A DNA stretch of 32,000 nucleotides from Nostoc sp. PCC 7120 = FACHB-418. Its GTDB lineage: Bacteria; Cyanobacteriota; Cyanobacteriia; Cyanobacteriales; Nostocaceae. The notes beneath the pieces were generated by a model that had not been told where the DNA came from, did no database searches, and was given only the letters and a program-made list of their open reading frames with translations. A program made the translations under genes and the position numbers. The stretch lies in assembly GCF_000009705.1 (NCBI RefSeq), contig NC_003272.1, positions 3,570,001-3,602,000 on the forward strand, given 5' to 3'. Positions 1 to 8,717 of the stretch are shown piece after piece (positions within the stretch are counted from its first letter, which is position 1; every line of letters begins with the position of its first letter).

Positions 1-413
1 TATCTGGGATGACTATGCCAAAAATGATCAGTTTCTTCCGCCAACAACCAGAGGAATTAAATAACTACTTACCACGTTGGGAAAGATTTGTTTTCTTCCA
101 AGAAACTGGTAGTAGGCCAGCTACTGGTAGTATCAACGTACCAGTAACCCCAGAACGTTCTATTGCCACAGATAAATCTTTAATGCCTCCGGGCGCACTA
201 GCACTTGTTCATACTTCTATTCCCTTTCCCGTCGCTGGTGGAAGAATGGAGTATCGCACTGTCAGCCGCTATGTATTAGATCAAGATACTGGTAATGCGA
301 TCAAAGGCCCAGGAAGAGTAGATTACTTCATGGGAACTGGGAAACAAGCAGGCGATCGCGCAGGTGTTACAGGTGGCCATGGTTCACTCTATTATTTGTT
401 GTTGAGGAAATAG
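1..413 (+). CDS. mltA: Lytic murein transglycosylase A (MltA-like, 3D domain), C-terminal part; the 5' end lies outside the window
   Basis: The frame is open from nt 3, upstream of the listed Met. The tail ...RSIATDKSLMPPGALA...LDQDTGNAIKGPGRVDYFMGTGKQAGDRAG fits the MltA/3D-domain signature DTGxAIKGxxRxDxFxGxG. Confidence 0.8.
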   Translation, partial: SGMTMPKMISFFRQQPEELNNYLPRWERFVFFQETGSRPATGSINVPVTPERSIATDKSLMPPGALALVHTSIPFPVAGGRMEYRTVSRYVLDQDTGNAIKGPGRVDYFMGTGKQAGDRAGVTGGHGSLYYLLLRK

Positions 414-446
414 GCCAGGAAACAGGGAGCAGGGGAGAATAACAAC

Positions 447-1451
447 TCAACACTCACAATTCCCCACTCCCCATTCTCCATTTCCCACTTTCATACATTC
501 AAATAGATGTAAGCCTAACTGCTGAGAAAGTTCTTCGCACACCTTCACTCCTCGCACACTGTTACCTCGAATATCTAAAGGTGGAGAAAACACGGCAATT
601 CCCATCAGATTCGGAACAACTGCCATAATTCCCCCACAAACGCCGCTTTTTGCCGGAATACCGACTTTATAAGCCCACTCTCCAGCAAAGTTGTACATCC
701 CACAGGTGTACATGACGCTGAGGATATCTTTTATATATCTACTATTTACCGCTTGTTCTCCTGTGATTGGGTTCACACCCCTGTTCGCCAAGGTAGCGGC
801 CATCACCGCCAGATCGTGACAGTTAACCATCACAGCGCATTGCTGAAAATATAGGTCTAATGCTTCTTCTATATTTCTATCTATCATGCCAAAGTTGAGC
901 ATGAGATGTGCCATCGCCCGATTACGGTGTCCTGTACTGCGTTCGGAGGTAAATACGGAAATATCAACAAACACATCATGACCAATATATCGGCGAAACA
1001 TTTCTAGTACCCGATTGAGGCGTTCCGTTGCCCCAGCCCCTTTGATTAAACTAGTGGTGGCGATCGCCCCAGCATTGACCATTGGGTTATAAGGTCGCTT
1101 CGACTGCTCATCCAAAATAATCGCGTTAAATGCTTCCCCTGTTGGTTCTACACCAACCCTAGTCAACACATAATCCCGTCCATGATCTTCTAACGCTAGT
1201 CCGTAGGCGAAAACTTTAGAAATAGACTGGATAGTAAATAGTTGTTGATAATCTCCTACCTGATAAACCTGACCATCCACTGTAACGATGGAAATACTAA
1301 ACAGGTCTGGGTTGACTTTGGCCAGCTCTGGTATGTAGTTCGCTACTATCCCCTCTTTGAGTGACTTGTATTTAGAATGCAAATCGTTGATCACCTTTAA
1401 TAGGGGAGAGGGACGTATTTCTAAATCTCCTTGATTGGCTTGATCGCTCAT
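447..1451 (-). CDS. glsA: Glutaminase A
   Basis: 334-aa ORF with an ATG at 1451. It has the beta-lactamase-fold glutaminase motifs QSISKVF (Ser-x-x-Lys), [17 protein letters not shown] and KSGVCGGI. Confidence 0.95.
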   Translation of the reverse strand: MSDQANQGDLEIRPSPLLKVINDLHSKYKSLKEGIVANYIPELAKVNPDLFSISIVTVDGQVYQVGDYQQLFTIQSISKVFAYGLALEDHGRDYVLTRVGVEPTGEAFNAIILDEQSKRPYNPMVNAGAIATTSLIKGAGATERLNRVLEMFRRYIGHDVFVDISVFTSERSTGHRNRAMAHLMLNFGMIDRNIEEALDLYFQQCAVMVNCHDLAVMAATLANRGVNPITGEQAVNSRYIKDILSVMYTCGMYNFAGEWAYKVGIPAKSGVCGGIMAVVPNLMGIAVFSPPLDIRGNSVRGVKVCEELSQQLGLHLFECMKVGNGEWGVGNCEC

Positions 1452-2276
1452 CAGCTAATAGCTTGCTCTCAAAAATTGCGTTTTATTAAGTAATTTGGGG
1501 CTTTTGGAGTAAAAGTTATATTTTATACATTTAAAAGTTAATCTACTCAAACTAAAGCCCAGTTTTTCATTATCTCACTATATAATTCAGGTTTTACTTA
1601 AAAATAAATAAGCTACAAAAGTAAGCAGTTTTTTTTACTTAGCTTTACTGTGGTCAATTGTCATTGGCATCACGTTTTTTTACTAATTTGAGAGTAGTAT
1701 TACATATCTATGTATCATAAAAATTAGCTGAGGATAAATACTCACTAGTATTTGTCCTTAAAATATTTATCTCTGTAACTATTGACATATATCAGGTGTA
1801 AGCTAATATAAAGGAAATATGAACATAGCTTAACTCAGTAGGTTTAACATAACTTTTTTGTATTATAATTGATTATTATAATGTCTATCAGATAAAATAA
1901 TAAGTTAGAGAATACACATATTGTCTAAGCAATAATGCTGTCATTTATGACAATTTTTATGGCAATTTTTGTCCAGGAAATTGTTAAGTTTTGTTAAGAA
2001 AACCTTGGTAGATCGAAAAAAACGCTACATGGGTGAAATCCGCATTTGAACAAGGTTTCACGCTTATTATCAGAAAACAAATTTGGGAAAAGCGCCGATC
2101 CCTACGATAAAACCCTGATCCCCAACGCCAGAAGTTCATGTTAGTCTGATGCGAGTTATAAAACAGAAAGTGAAAGCGGAACGAGTTTGCATTTTTAGGA
2201 GTTGCCACTAAAAGTGAAGCAAATTCTTATGAGTTAACAAAACTGCTGTTCTACAGTCGCTTTAAAAATCGGACGC

Positions 2277-3392
2277 ATGAATCAAAGACATTTGTGGACT
2301 ATTGTTGCCCTATCTGTAACTGTTTTGGGTACGCCCGCAGTCGGTCGGACTCAAACTACTAAAGCTACAGCACCAGCACAGCAAATCCTAGCTAGTGATG
2401 CAGTCAAGGTAGGAGAGTTTCAATCATCAGAAGGGAAAAGAACCTCGGATGCTGTGATTACGAGCATTCATCCTCATAACCTTGGAGGTCGTAGGGCGGC
2501 AACCCTATTTATTCGGAAAATTCCAGTTCTTACCTTTGTGAGTTCTAACCCAGTTGCCAGCGTGGAGACAAAAGTAGGAGCAATTGGAGATAATGAGGGC
2601 GTGCAACCGTACGCCCTTAATACTGAGAAATCAGTTCAGGTGGCAAGTCTGGGGAATTTAGCAGATGCCAGAATCCAGAACCGTTCGCAAAACGACGATC
2701 CCGTTAAAAGAGCTAGTTTAGTAGCAGCAAAAATCAATCAGCTCATCAGGGATAATGTCAAGGCTGACCAGATTACTGTAAGTTGGAAGGGTGCAGACTC
2801 TTCATTAGTTGCCTCTCAATCTCAAAATAAAAGTTCTTCCAGTCAGCAAAAGTCAGAGCGCTACACCATCAAAGTCAAGAATCAAGAATTGGTGGAAATT
2901 AATCAAAACACAAGGCTAGCAGATTCCACCAACAACCTTGCTAACGATGCGTTGCAAGCAACTAATCGTCTCCGCAGACTTGTAGGTAATGCTTCGCCTC
3001 TCAAAGAAATCGCTAATTTACCAGCACGCTCACCAAAGCGTTCGTCAAACCCAATAGCAAATCTGCCGCAGCGAATTGCTAGCAGTATTAGACTCAGTTT
3101 TCAGGGGATAGCTTCCTTTTATGGACGTGGAGATGGGTTTGCTGGCAGACCAACTGCTACTGGTGAGAGATTTAATCCAGAAGCCATGACTGCTGCTCAT
3201 CGTAGCTTACCTTTCGGCACAAGAGTTCGTGTTACCAATACCCGCAACGGTCGTTCTGTAGTGGTGCGAATCAACGACCGGGGCCCATTTACTCGCGGCC
3301 GAGTGATTGATTTATCCACAGGTGCAGCCAGAGTGTTAGGAATGATCGGTAGTGGTGTTGCACCAGTCAGGATTGAAGTTTTGGGAAGATAG
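2277..3392 (+). CDS. rlpA: RlpA-family (septal ring) lytic transglycosylase / rare lipoprotein A-like, with a signal peptide and a C-terminal DPBB domain
   Basis: ATG at 2277. The N-terminal hydrophobic signal is [23 protein letters not shown]. The C-terminal [60 protein letters not shown]...IDLSTGAA is the classic RlpA double-psi beta-barrel. Confidence 0.85.
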   Translation: MNQRHLWTIVALSVTVLGTPAVGRTQTTKATAPAQQILASDAVKVGEFQSSEGKRTSDAVITSIHPHNLGGRRAATLFIRKIPVLTFVSSNPVASVETKVGAIGDNEGVQPYALNTEKSVQVASLGNLADARIQNRSQNDDPVKRASLVAAKINQLIRDNVKADQITVSWKGADSSLVASQSQNKSSSSQQKSERYTIKVKNQELVEINQNTRLADSTNNLANDALQATNRLRRLVGNASPLKEIANLPARSPKRSSNPIANLPQRIASSIRLSFQGIASFYGRGDGFAGRPTATGERFNPEAMTAAHRSLPFGTRVRVTNTRNGRSVVVRINDRGPFTRGRVIDLSTGAARVLGMIGSGVAPVRIEVLGR

Positions 3393-3511
3393 AGATTAGG
3401 GATTGGCAAGGGAAAATGAGGGGATAGGGAAAGCAGGAGACCAGTATCCCCCATGACCCAGTACCCAATTCCTAATACCCAACCCCCAATTCCTCTAGTT
3501 CACTCATCTCT

Positions 3512-3575
3512 TACCCCTATTTCAGATATAAACTAACGGGGGAGAGGTTCAATGAGGAACTAGGGGTATTTTTTT
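3512..3575 (+). terminator. Candidate rho-independent terminator of rlpA (long-loop hairpin plus T7 run) directly abutting the panC GTG
   Basis: TACCCCTA (3512-3519) pairs with TAGGGGTA (3561-3568) and is followed by TTTTTTT (3569-3575). The loop is long (41 nt), so this is uncertain. Confidence 0.4.
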
Positions 3576-5180
3576 GTGCGCCTGTTGACAACAGTTGCGG
3601 CTTTACGCTGCTATTTAAATAAACGTCGCTGGGAAAGTCGGCTGACAGCATCAGAAGAACAGATACTAGATAGTATGACTAGCTGGTATCAAACTGCGAT
3701 TGGCCTGGTGCCAACAATGGGGAGTTTACATCAAGGCCATTTGAGCCTGATTGAACGAGCGCGGCACGAAAACTCTACTGTAATTGTGAGTATTTTTATC
3801 AATCCTCTGCAATTTGGCCCAAATGAGGATTATGGAAGGTATCCCCGCACTTTAGAACAAGACCGACAATTGTGCGAGCAAGGGGGAGTTGATGCGATTT
3901 TTGCCCCTTCTCCGGAAGAATTAGGCATACCTCAGAAAAATATACAAGAATCTCAAGTTACACAAGTAATCCCTCCATCTGTTATGATATCTGGCTTGTG
4001 TGGTCATTCTCGGTTAGGTCACTTTCAGGGTGTGGCGACGATTGTGACCAAGCTTTTGAACTTGGTACAACCTGACCGAGCTTATTTCGGTCAAAAAGAT
4101 GGTCAGCAGTTAGCTGTGATTAAACGGCTGGTGGCTGATTTAGATTTGCCTGTAGAAATTGTTGCTTGTCCCACTGTGCGGGAAGCATCGGGTTTAGCCT
4201 GTAGCTCTCGCAACCAGTATTTAACTGCTCAAGAAAAACAGCAAGCAGCAGTATTGTATCGTGGCTTGCTGCAAGCTGAGGCTGCATTTAAGGCAGGTGT
4301 CCGCTATAGCAGTAGGTTGCGAGAAGTGGTACGGCAGGAATTAGCCAAGGTTAGTAGTGTTTTAGTGGAATATATAGAATTGGTTGAACCGACTACGTTA
4401 ATGCCATTAGATAAAATTCAGGAGGAAGGAATGCTGGCGATCGCTGCTCGTCTTGGCTCTACACGTTTGATTGACAATACCATTTTGCGCGATCGCCAAC
4501 CTATCATCGCTATTGATGGGCCAGCCGGTGCAGGAAAATCCACCGTGGCTCGTCAAGTAGCAACTAAACTCGGTCTAGTGTATCTAGATACAGGAGCGAT
4601 GTATCGTGCTGTGACTTGGTTGGTGCTACAACAGGGTATTGCCATTGACGATGATTGCGCGATCGCTGAATTAGCGAGCAAGTGTAAAATCGAGCTAACT
4701 CCTAGCCAAGATTTACAATCTCCGGTGCGTGTTTGGATTAATGATACTGATGTTACCCAGAACATTCGCACGATTGAGGTGACTTCTCAAGTATCGGCGA
4801 TCGCTGCTCAAGCTGCTGTACGTCAAGCGCTAGTGAAGCAACAACAACGCTGGGGTAAACGCGGTGGACTGGTAGCTGAAGGTAGAGATATTGGTACTCA
4901 CGTATTTCCTGACGCTGAAGTAAAAATCTTTTTAACCGCCTCCGTGGGTGAACGCGCTCGTCGTCGCCAGCAAGACTTTCAAAAACAAGGTCAACCAGAA
5001 GTCAGTCTAGAACAGCTAGAAAAAGACATCGCTGAACGCGATTGGAAAGATAGCACTCGCAAAGTTTCCCCTCTACAAAAAGCAGCAGATGCAGTTGAAC
5101 TGCAAACAGATGGACTCAGCATATCGGATGTTGCTAGCCAAATTGTTGATTACTACCAACAACGCTTGTCTCAATGGTAG
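3576..5180 (+). CDS. panC: Bifunctional pantoate--beta-alanine ligase / cytidylate kinase (PanC-Cmk fusion)
   Basis: GTG start at 3576. The N-terminal half has VPTMGSLHQGHLSL and FGQKDGQQ (PanC). The C-terminal half has the P-loop IAIDGPAGAGKST and DTGAMYR (Cmk). This fusion is typical of cyanobacteria. Confidence 0.95.
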   Translation: MRLLTTVAALRCYLNKRRWESRLTASEEQILDSMTSWYQTAIGLVPTMGSLHQGHLSLIERARHENSTVIVSIFINPLQFGPNEDYGRYPRTLEQDRQLCEQGGVDAIFAPSPEELGIPQKNIQESQVTQVIPPSVMISGLCGHSRLGHFQGVATIVTKLLNLVQPDRAYFGQKDGQQLAVIKRLVADLDLPVEIVACPTVREASGLACSSRNQYLTAQEKQQAAVLYRGLLQAEAAFKAGVRYSSRLREVVRQELAKVSSVLVEYIELVEPTTLMPLDKIQEEGMLAIAARLGSTRLIDNTILRDRQPIIAIDGPAGAGKSTVARQVATKLGLVYLDTGAMYRAVTWLVLQQGIAIDDDCAIAELASKCKIELTPSQDLQSPVRVWINDTDVTQNIRTIEVTSQVSAIAAQAAVRQALVKQQQRWGKRGGLVAEGRDIGTHVFPDAEVKIFLTASVGERARRRQQDFQKQGQPEVSLEQLEKDIAERDWKDSTRKVSPLQKAADAVELQTDGLSISDVASQIVDYYQQRLSQW

Positions 5181-5221
5181 TCATGGTCAACTGTTGTTAG
5201 TTTTGGATTTTTTCAACTTAT

Positions 5222-5258
5222 TAGGGAGTAAGTGTACAACATTGACTCCCTATTTTTT
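5222..5258 (+). terminator. Rho-independent terminator of panC-cmk
   Basis: TAGGGAGT (5222-5229) pairs with ACTCCCTA (5245-5252) and is followed by TTTTTT (5253-5258), 42 nt after the stop codon. Confidence 0.75.
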
Positions 5259-5578
5259 ATGCTATGGCCGTAGCCAGATAGATTAGGACATCAAGCTAAG
5301 ATAAAATCTTCAGCTATAAGGGGACAGGGCTTTTTGATATCTAATCTCAGATTCATGACACAAACCCTCCACAGCCTTTTATCTTGATGCTAGTTAGTGA
5401 AAATTTTAACTGTCTTAAAATATCATTCATCTAACTTTAGATAGATTAGAAAACTATTCAATCCTATTTCTAAAGATGGAAGTTTCTGAAATTAGGAGAT
5501 ATCTAAATAGATTTGTAGAGAACAATTTCTTGATTAAATCAATTACTTTTATTAACCTACTTAGTAGCTGTGCGTAAA

Positions 5579-5613
5579 TATATCCCCGATTTTTTTGAAA
5601 GATCGGGGATATA
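5579..5613. repeat. CCCCGAT...ATCGGGG palindromic element (dispersed cyanobacterial hairpin repeat family)
   Basis: TATATCCCCGAT (5579-5590) and ATCGGGGATATA (5602-5613) are perfect reverse complements around the loop TTTTTTGAAAG. A related hairpin TCCCCAA/TTGGGGA lies at 25183-25209. Confidence 0.55.
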
Positions 5614-5889
5614 TCGCCTGATAAGTAATTTCAATCATCTTGCACCCCACATTGCTAATAAGATGAGTTATGAAGGTGTAAGCTTAGTAGTCCCTTTGCT
5701 GAGAGATGGAGACGAAAGCTTAAAAGTCTTATGCTGTTCATCAATAATTTTCATACTGACAGACTTTAATCAAGGTTAACCCCAAATGTATTAGCCGTGT
5801 TTATTTATAGTCATTGATTGACCGGATTTTGACTTATTAAAAAACTACTTTGTCTGAATCTTCACTTTGGTAGTAGAATGACGATGTTA

Positions 5890-5923
5890 AGTTTTATATC
5901 CCAGGATTTAAGGATATAAAACT
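5890..5923. promoter_or_regulatory. Perfect 12-bp inverted repeat about 80 nt upstream of sodB (candidate operator or 5'-UTR hairpin)
   Basis: AGTTTTATATCC (5890-5901) and GGATATAAAACT (5912-5923) are exact reverse complements with a 10-nt spacer. The sodB ATG is at 6003. Confidence 0.35.
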
Positions 5924-6002
5924 AGTCAGCACCAAACCTGTAATTTCCCAGGCTGCTGCAATAGCTTTTAAATGGAAACTGCTAAAGAGAGGACTTCACA
6001 AA

Positions 6003-6605
6003 ATGGCATTTGTACAGGAACCACTACCCTACGACTTTAATGCTTTAGAGCAGTATGGCATGAAAGGTGAAACCTTCGAGTATCACTACGGCAAACATCA
6101 CAAAGCTTATGTAGATAACCTGAACAAGCTCACCGATGGTACAGAATTGGCTGATAAATCCTTAGAAGAAGTCATCCAAATTGCCTTTAAGGATGCCTCT
6201 AAAGCTGGAATCTTTAACAACGCTGCTCAAGTGTGGAACCACACCTTCTTCTGGAATTCTTTAAAGCCCGCAGGTGGCGGCGCGCCTACAGGTGAATTCG
6301 CAGCCAAAATTAACCAAGACTTTGGTAGCTTCGACAAATTGAAAGAAGAATTTTCCAACGCTGCTGCAACTCAGTTCGGTAGCGGATGGGCTTGGCTAAT
6401 TGATGATGGCGGTACACTGAAAGTCACTAAAACTCCAAACGCCGAAAATCCCCTGGCTCATGGACAAAAAGCACTCTTAACCTTGGATGTCTGGGAACAC
6501 GCCTACTACATCGACTTCAGAAATGCTCGCCCAGCTTTTATCAAGAACTACTTAGATAACTTGGTTAACTGGGACTTTGCTGCTGCGAATTATGCTAAAG
6601 CTTAG
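6003..6605 (+). CDS. sodB: Iron superoxide dismutase
   Basis: 200 aa. It has HYGKHH, AAQVWNHTFFWNS (Fe-type rather than the Mn-type GGHINH) and the metal-ligand motif DVWEHAYY. Confidence 0.97.
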   Translation: MAFVQEPLPYDFNALEQYGMKGETFEYHYGKHHKAYVDNLNKLTDGTELADKSLEEVIQIAFKDASKAGIFNNAAQVWNHTFFWNSLKPAGGGAPTGEFAAKINQDFGSFDKLKEEFSNAAATQFGSGWAWLIDDGGTLKVTKTPNAENPLAHGQKALLTLDVWEHAYYIDFRNARPAFIKNYLDNLVNWDFAAANYAKA

Positions 6606-6623
6606 TTGTCCAGTCAGATGAGG

Positions 6624-6663
6624 GCTGTTGCTGAATCTCTCCAGCAGCAATAATTAATTTTTC
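6624..6663 (+). terminator. Candidate terminator after sodB (first hairpin)
   Basis: CTGTTGCTG pairs with CAGCAGCA (8 bp including one G-U) around an 8-nt loop. A T-run at 6658-6663 follows after a short spacer. Confidence 0.45.
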
Positions 6664-6674
6664 TTCAACAAAAC

Positions 6675-6704
6675 AAGCAGTCACGATTGAGTCGTGGCTG
6701 CTTT
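6675..6704 (+). terminator. Second hairpin after sodB
   Basis: AGCAGTCACGA / TCGTGGCTGCT form an 11-bp stem (one T-G) with the loop TTGAG, followed by TTT. Confidence 0.45.
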
Positions 6705-6726
6705 GCTCTCTAGTTATTTGCCAGTT

Positions 6727-6968
6727 CCTACAGGCTACCGTGTACACACAAGTACTATCTGCAAGGGTTTCAAGCAGTAAAGACCCTTTTAACTGTCATT
6801 ACGAGCGGAGCGAAGTAATCGCATCATCCTGTAGTTTTTGTGATTGCTTCGTCGTTCCTCCTCGCAATGACAGGCTTCCAGAGCGATCGCACAGCCTAGA
6901 GCTAGACGACGAAACCAAGCGTTAGGCGTTATTTCAAGACTTGTGTGTACACCGTAGGTTCCTACAGG
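6727..6968. mobile_element. MITE-like non-autonomous element (about 240 bp) with imperfect terminal inverted repeats and an internal hairpin
   Basis: The ends are CCTACAGGCTACCGTGTACACACAAGT (6727-6753) and ACTTGTGTGTACACCGTAGGTTCCTACAGG (6939-6968). Internally, GTCATTACGAGCGGAGCGAAGTAATC faces GATTGCTTCGTCGTTCCTCCTCGCAATGAC. This motif is widely repeated in Nostocales genomes and gives spurious ...LLRSARND... ORFs. There is no transposase. Confidence 0.6.
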
Positions 6969-7153
6969 AGGAAGTTTGCAGAGGGTGTCGCAGACAAAGC
7001 AGAAGTTATAAACACTATGATGCTTGAGTTTATTTCTTGTCTTCTGTTCCTCACTTACTCGCAAATTGCTGTATTTTCTGTAGGAGTAGATTTTGAATTT
7101 TCAATTAGTATTACATATCCTAAAAGTAGTTGGACAATCAACATCAGAAATAT

Positions 7154-7360
7154 ATGGATAGCAAACAACTGGCTCAATACATGGAATCCACTGATAGCAT
7201 TGCTAAACCTTGGCTATTGGTGCAACTACGCTTGAAAAAATTACAAGAACACCGAGATACTATTCCCGCAAATGTCTACGCTGAGGAATTAGCAGATATT
7301 CACGAAGATTTAATGAATTTGGGTGAATGGTGGCGTGGTGTTGAAGATGAGGTTTTTTGA
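7154..7360 (+). CDS. Small hypothetical protein (68 aa from the first ATG; the ORF track starts at a TTG at 7130)
   Basis: The composition is protein-like, acidic and helical (…YAEELADIHEDLMNLGEWWRGVEDEVF). It does not overlap repeats. I recognise no family. Confidence 0.45.
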   Translation: MDSKQLAQYMESTDSIAKPWLLVQLRLKKLQEHRDTIPANVYAEELADIHEDLMNLGEWWRGVEDEVF

Positions 7361-7489
7361 TGAGTCAGCTCTGCGAGGGAGAGGAAAATATCCTTTCAGG
7401 TTTTGCAGGATAGTCAGAATGGTTTTTTGAGTTTGGTCACGCTGTACTAGTATTCTGCCACGGGAGTATTTACAGATAAGCGTGTTATT

Positions 7490-7535
7490 AGTAAGCACTT
7501 TAGTGCTTAAATGTTTGAGTACTAAAGTGCTTACT
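7490..7535. repeat. Long near-perfect hairpin (18-bp arms)
   Basis: AGTAAGCACTTTAGTGCT (7490-7507) and AGTACTAAAGTGCTTACT (7518-7535) are reverse complements with one mismatch. The loop is TAAATGTTTG. Confidence 0.6.
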
Positions 7536-7943
7536 ATAAATTTAGTAAACTTTCGCCGTTGAATACTCCAGCAATCACAATCTATTTCAGCTTCCTGTAA
7601 ATTGAAAACATAGTAGAAGTCAAGTTACATTTGATACATTCTTAAAAAGAATCTCGTGTATAAGAAAGCTACAATCGCTCTATAAAATAGATTATTTAAC
7701 GATTATTTATCTGAATATTTACCTAAGTACGCAAATAGTAGTTATAGCAATATTCGTCACTGCTACTTATGAAGGCAATTGGAAATACTCATGACCAGAA
7801 GCATTGAGATTTGCTAACGTAGTCTTAACATATTGAAAAATTTCTGCTAATTGGCACTAATCTAACGTGCTAAGTATTTCTCTTTTATTTAAGTGTGATG
7901 TGCTGGTCTGTGAGAAATCGAGTATTTTTATTCAGAGAGGGTT

Positions 7944-8630
7944 ATGGTTATAAATTTTGCTCGAACATCTGCTTCCACCGAACTATTAAAGCAAGTATTT
8001 CAGACAATTGATGCTCAAAGTTGTCCGAAGTTATTTAATTTTCATATGCACACTGTTTATTCGGATGGTAGATTGCAGCCAAGTGTGTTGATGGAGCAGG
8101 CGATCGCTATCGGACTACAAGGTTTTGCAATCACTGATCATCATACTGTAGGTGGGTATGAAGCAGCGCAAGCTTGGTTAGAAAACTGGAAATGGAACAA
8201 TCCGGGTGTAACAACTCCTCACCTGTGGAGTGGTGTAGAAATTAATGCCAATTTATTGGATGTAGAGGTTCACATTTTGGCTTATGCTTTCCAGCCAGAA
8301 CATTTTAGTCTGAAACCTTATCTGCAAAGAAAGATAACAACCGATAGAGAATATCAAGCAGGTAACGTAATTGAGGCCATTCATGCAGCCGGAGGGATAG
8401 CGGTATTGGCGCATCCAGCACGTTATCGAAAATCTCACTTCGATTTGATTCCGGCGGCTGCTGGATATGGGATTGATGGTGTAGAAACATATTACGCCTA
8501 CAACAACCCCAACCCGTGGAAACCCAGTGTGATTGAATCAGAACAAATACAAAATCTAGCCAAAGAGTATGGCATTTTCAATACTTGCGGTACTGATACC
8601 CACGGTTTAAGCTTACTCCAACGGTTATAA
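7944..8630 (+). CDS. PHP-domain metal-dependent phosphoesterase
   Basis: FNFHMHTVYSDG, AITDHHT, LAHPARY and TDTHG form the His/Asp motif series of the PHP family. Confidence 0.9.
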   Translation: MVINFARTSASTELLKQVFQTIDAQSCPKLFNFHMHTVYSDGRLQPSVLMEQAIAIGLQGFAITDHHTVGGYEAAQAWLENWKWNNPGVTTPHLWSGVEINANLLDVEVHILAYAFQPEHFSLKPYLQRKITTDREYQAGNVIEAIHAAGGIAVLAHPARYRKSHFDLIPAAAGYGIDGVETYYAYNNPNPWKPSVIESEQIQNLAKEYGIFNTCGTDTHGLSLLQRL

Positions 8631-8717
8631 AGATGCGTTCCGCTTGCACAAAACTCCTGGTGTAAACAGCCAGGGGCGACTAATCACAAGTGCTACGATG
8701 AGTATCACAGTCACTTC

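Noticed and set aside
2008-2140. Possible ydaO-type c-di-AMP riboswitch upstream of the RlpA-like cell-wall gene. GGGTGAAATCC and GCCGATCCC resemble conserved ydaO segments, and that riboswitch class is known to precede cell-wall hydrolase genes, including in cyanobacteria.
   Set aside because: As I recall the consensus, the 5' half core (GAGCGGGGGACCCA-like) and the 3' AGCTAACCTCGTAAGCG-like segment are absent, and the spacing differs. I kept it only as an unclassified structured-leader candidate. An Infernal scan would settle it.
1984-2208. 74-aa minus-strand ORF in the glsA-rlpA intergenic region.
   Set aside because: It has odd composition (FRFHFLFYNSHQTNMNFWRW) and no recognisable family. 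It lies antisense to the candidate leader in a promoter region and is likely spurious.
3197-3454. 85-aa minus-strand ORF overlapping the 3' end of rlpA.
   Set aside because: It is a shadow ORF antisense to a well-supported DPBB domain. Its N-terminus is translated from G/C-tract repeat DNA.
5570-5779. 69-aa ORF between panC-cmk and sodB.
   Set aside because: It starts at a GTG, and the palindromic CCCCGAT hairpin repeat starts 9 nt downstream within its first codons. I recognise no family, and the region is AT-rich.
6740-7235. Three overlapping ORFs at 6740-6925 (+), 6789-7064 (-) and 6945-7235 (+).
   Set aside because: They are translations of the MITE-like element and its flank. The ...RLLRSARNDS motif is the typical in-frame reading of this cyanobacterial repeat.
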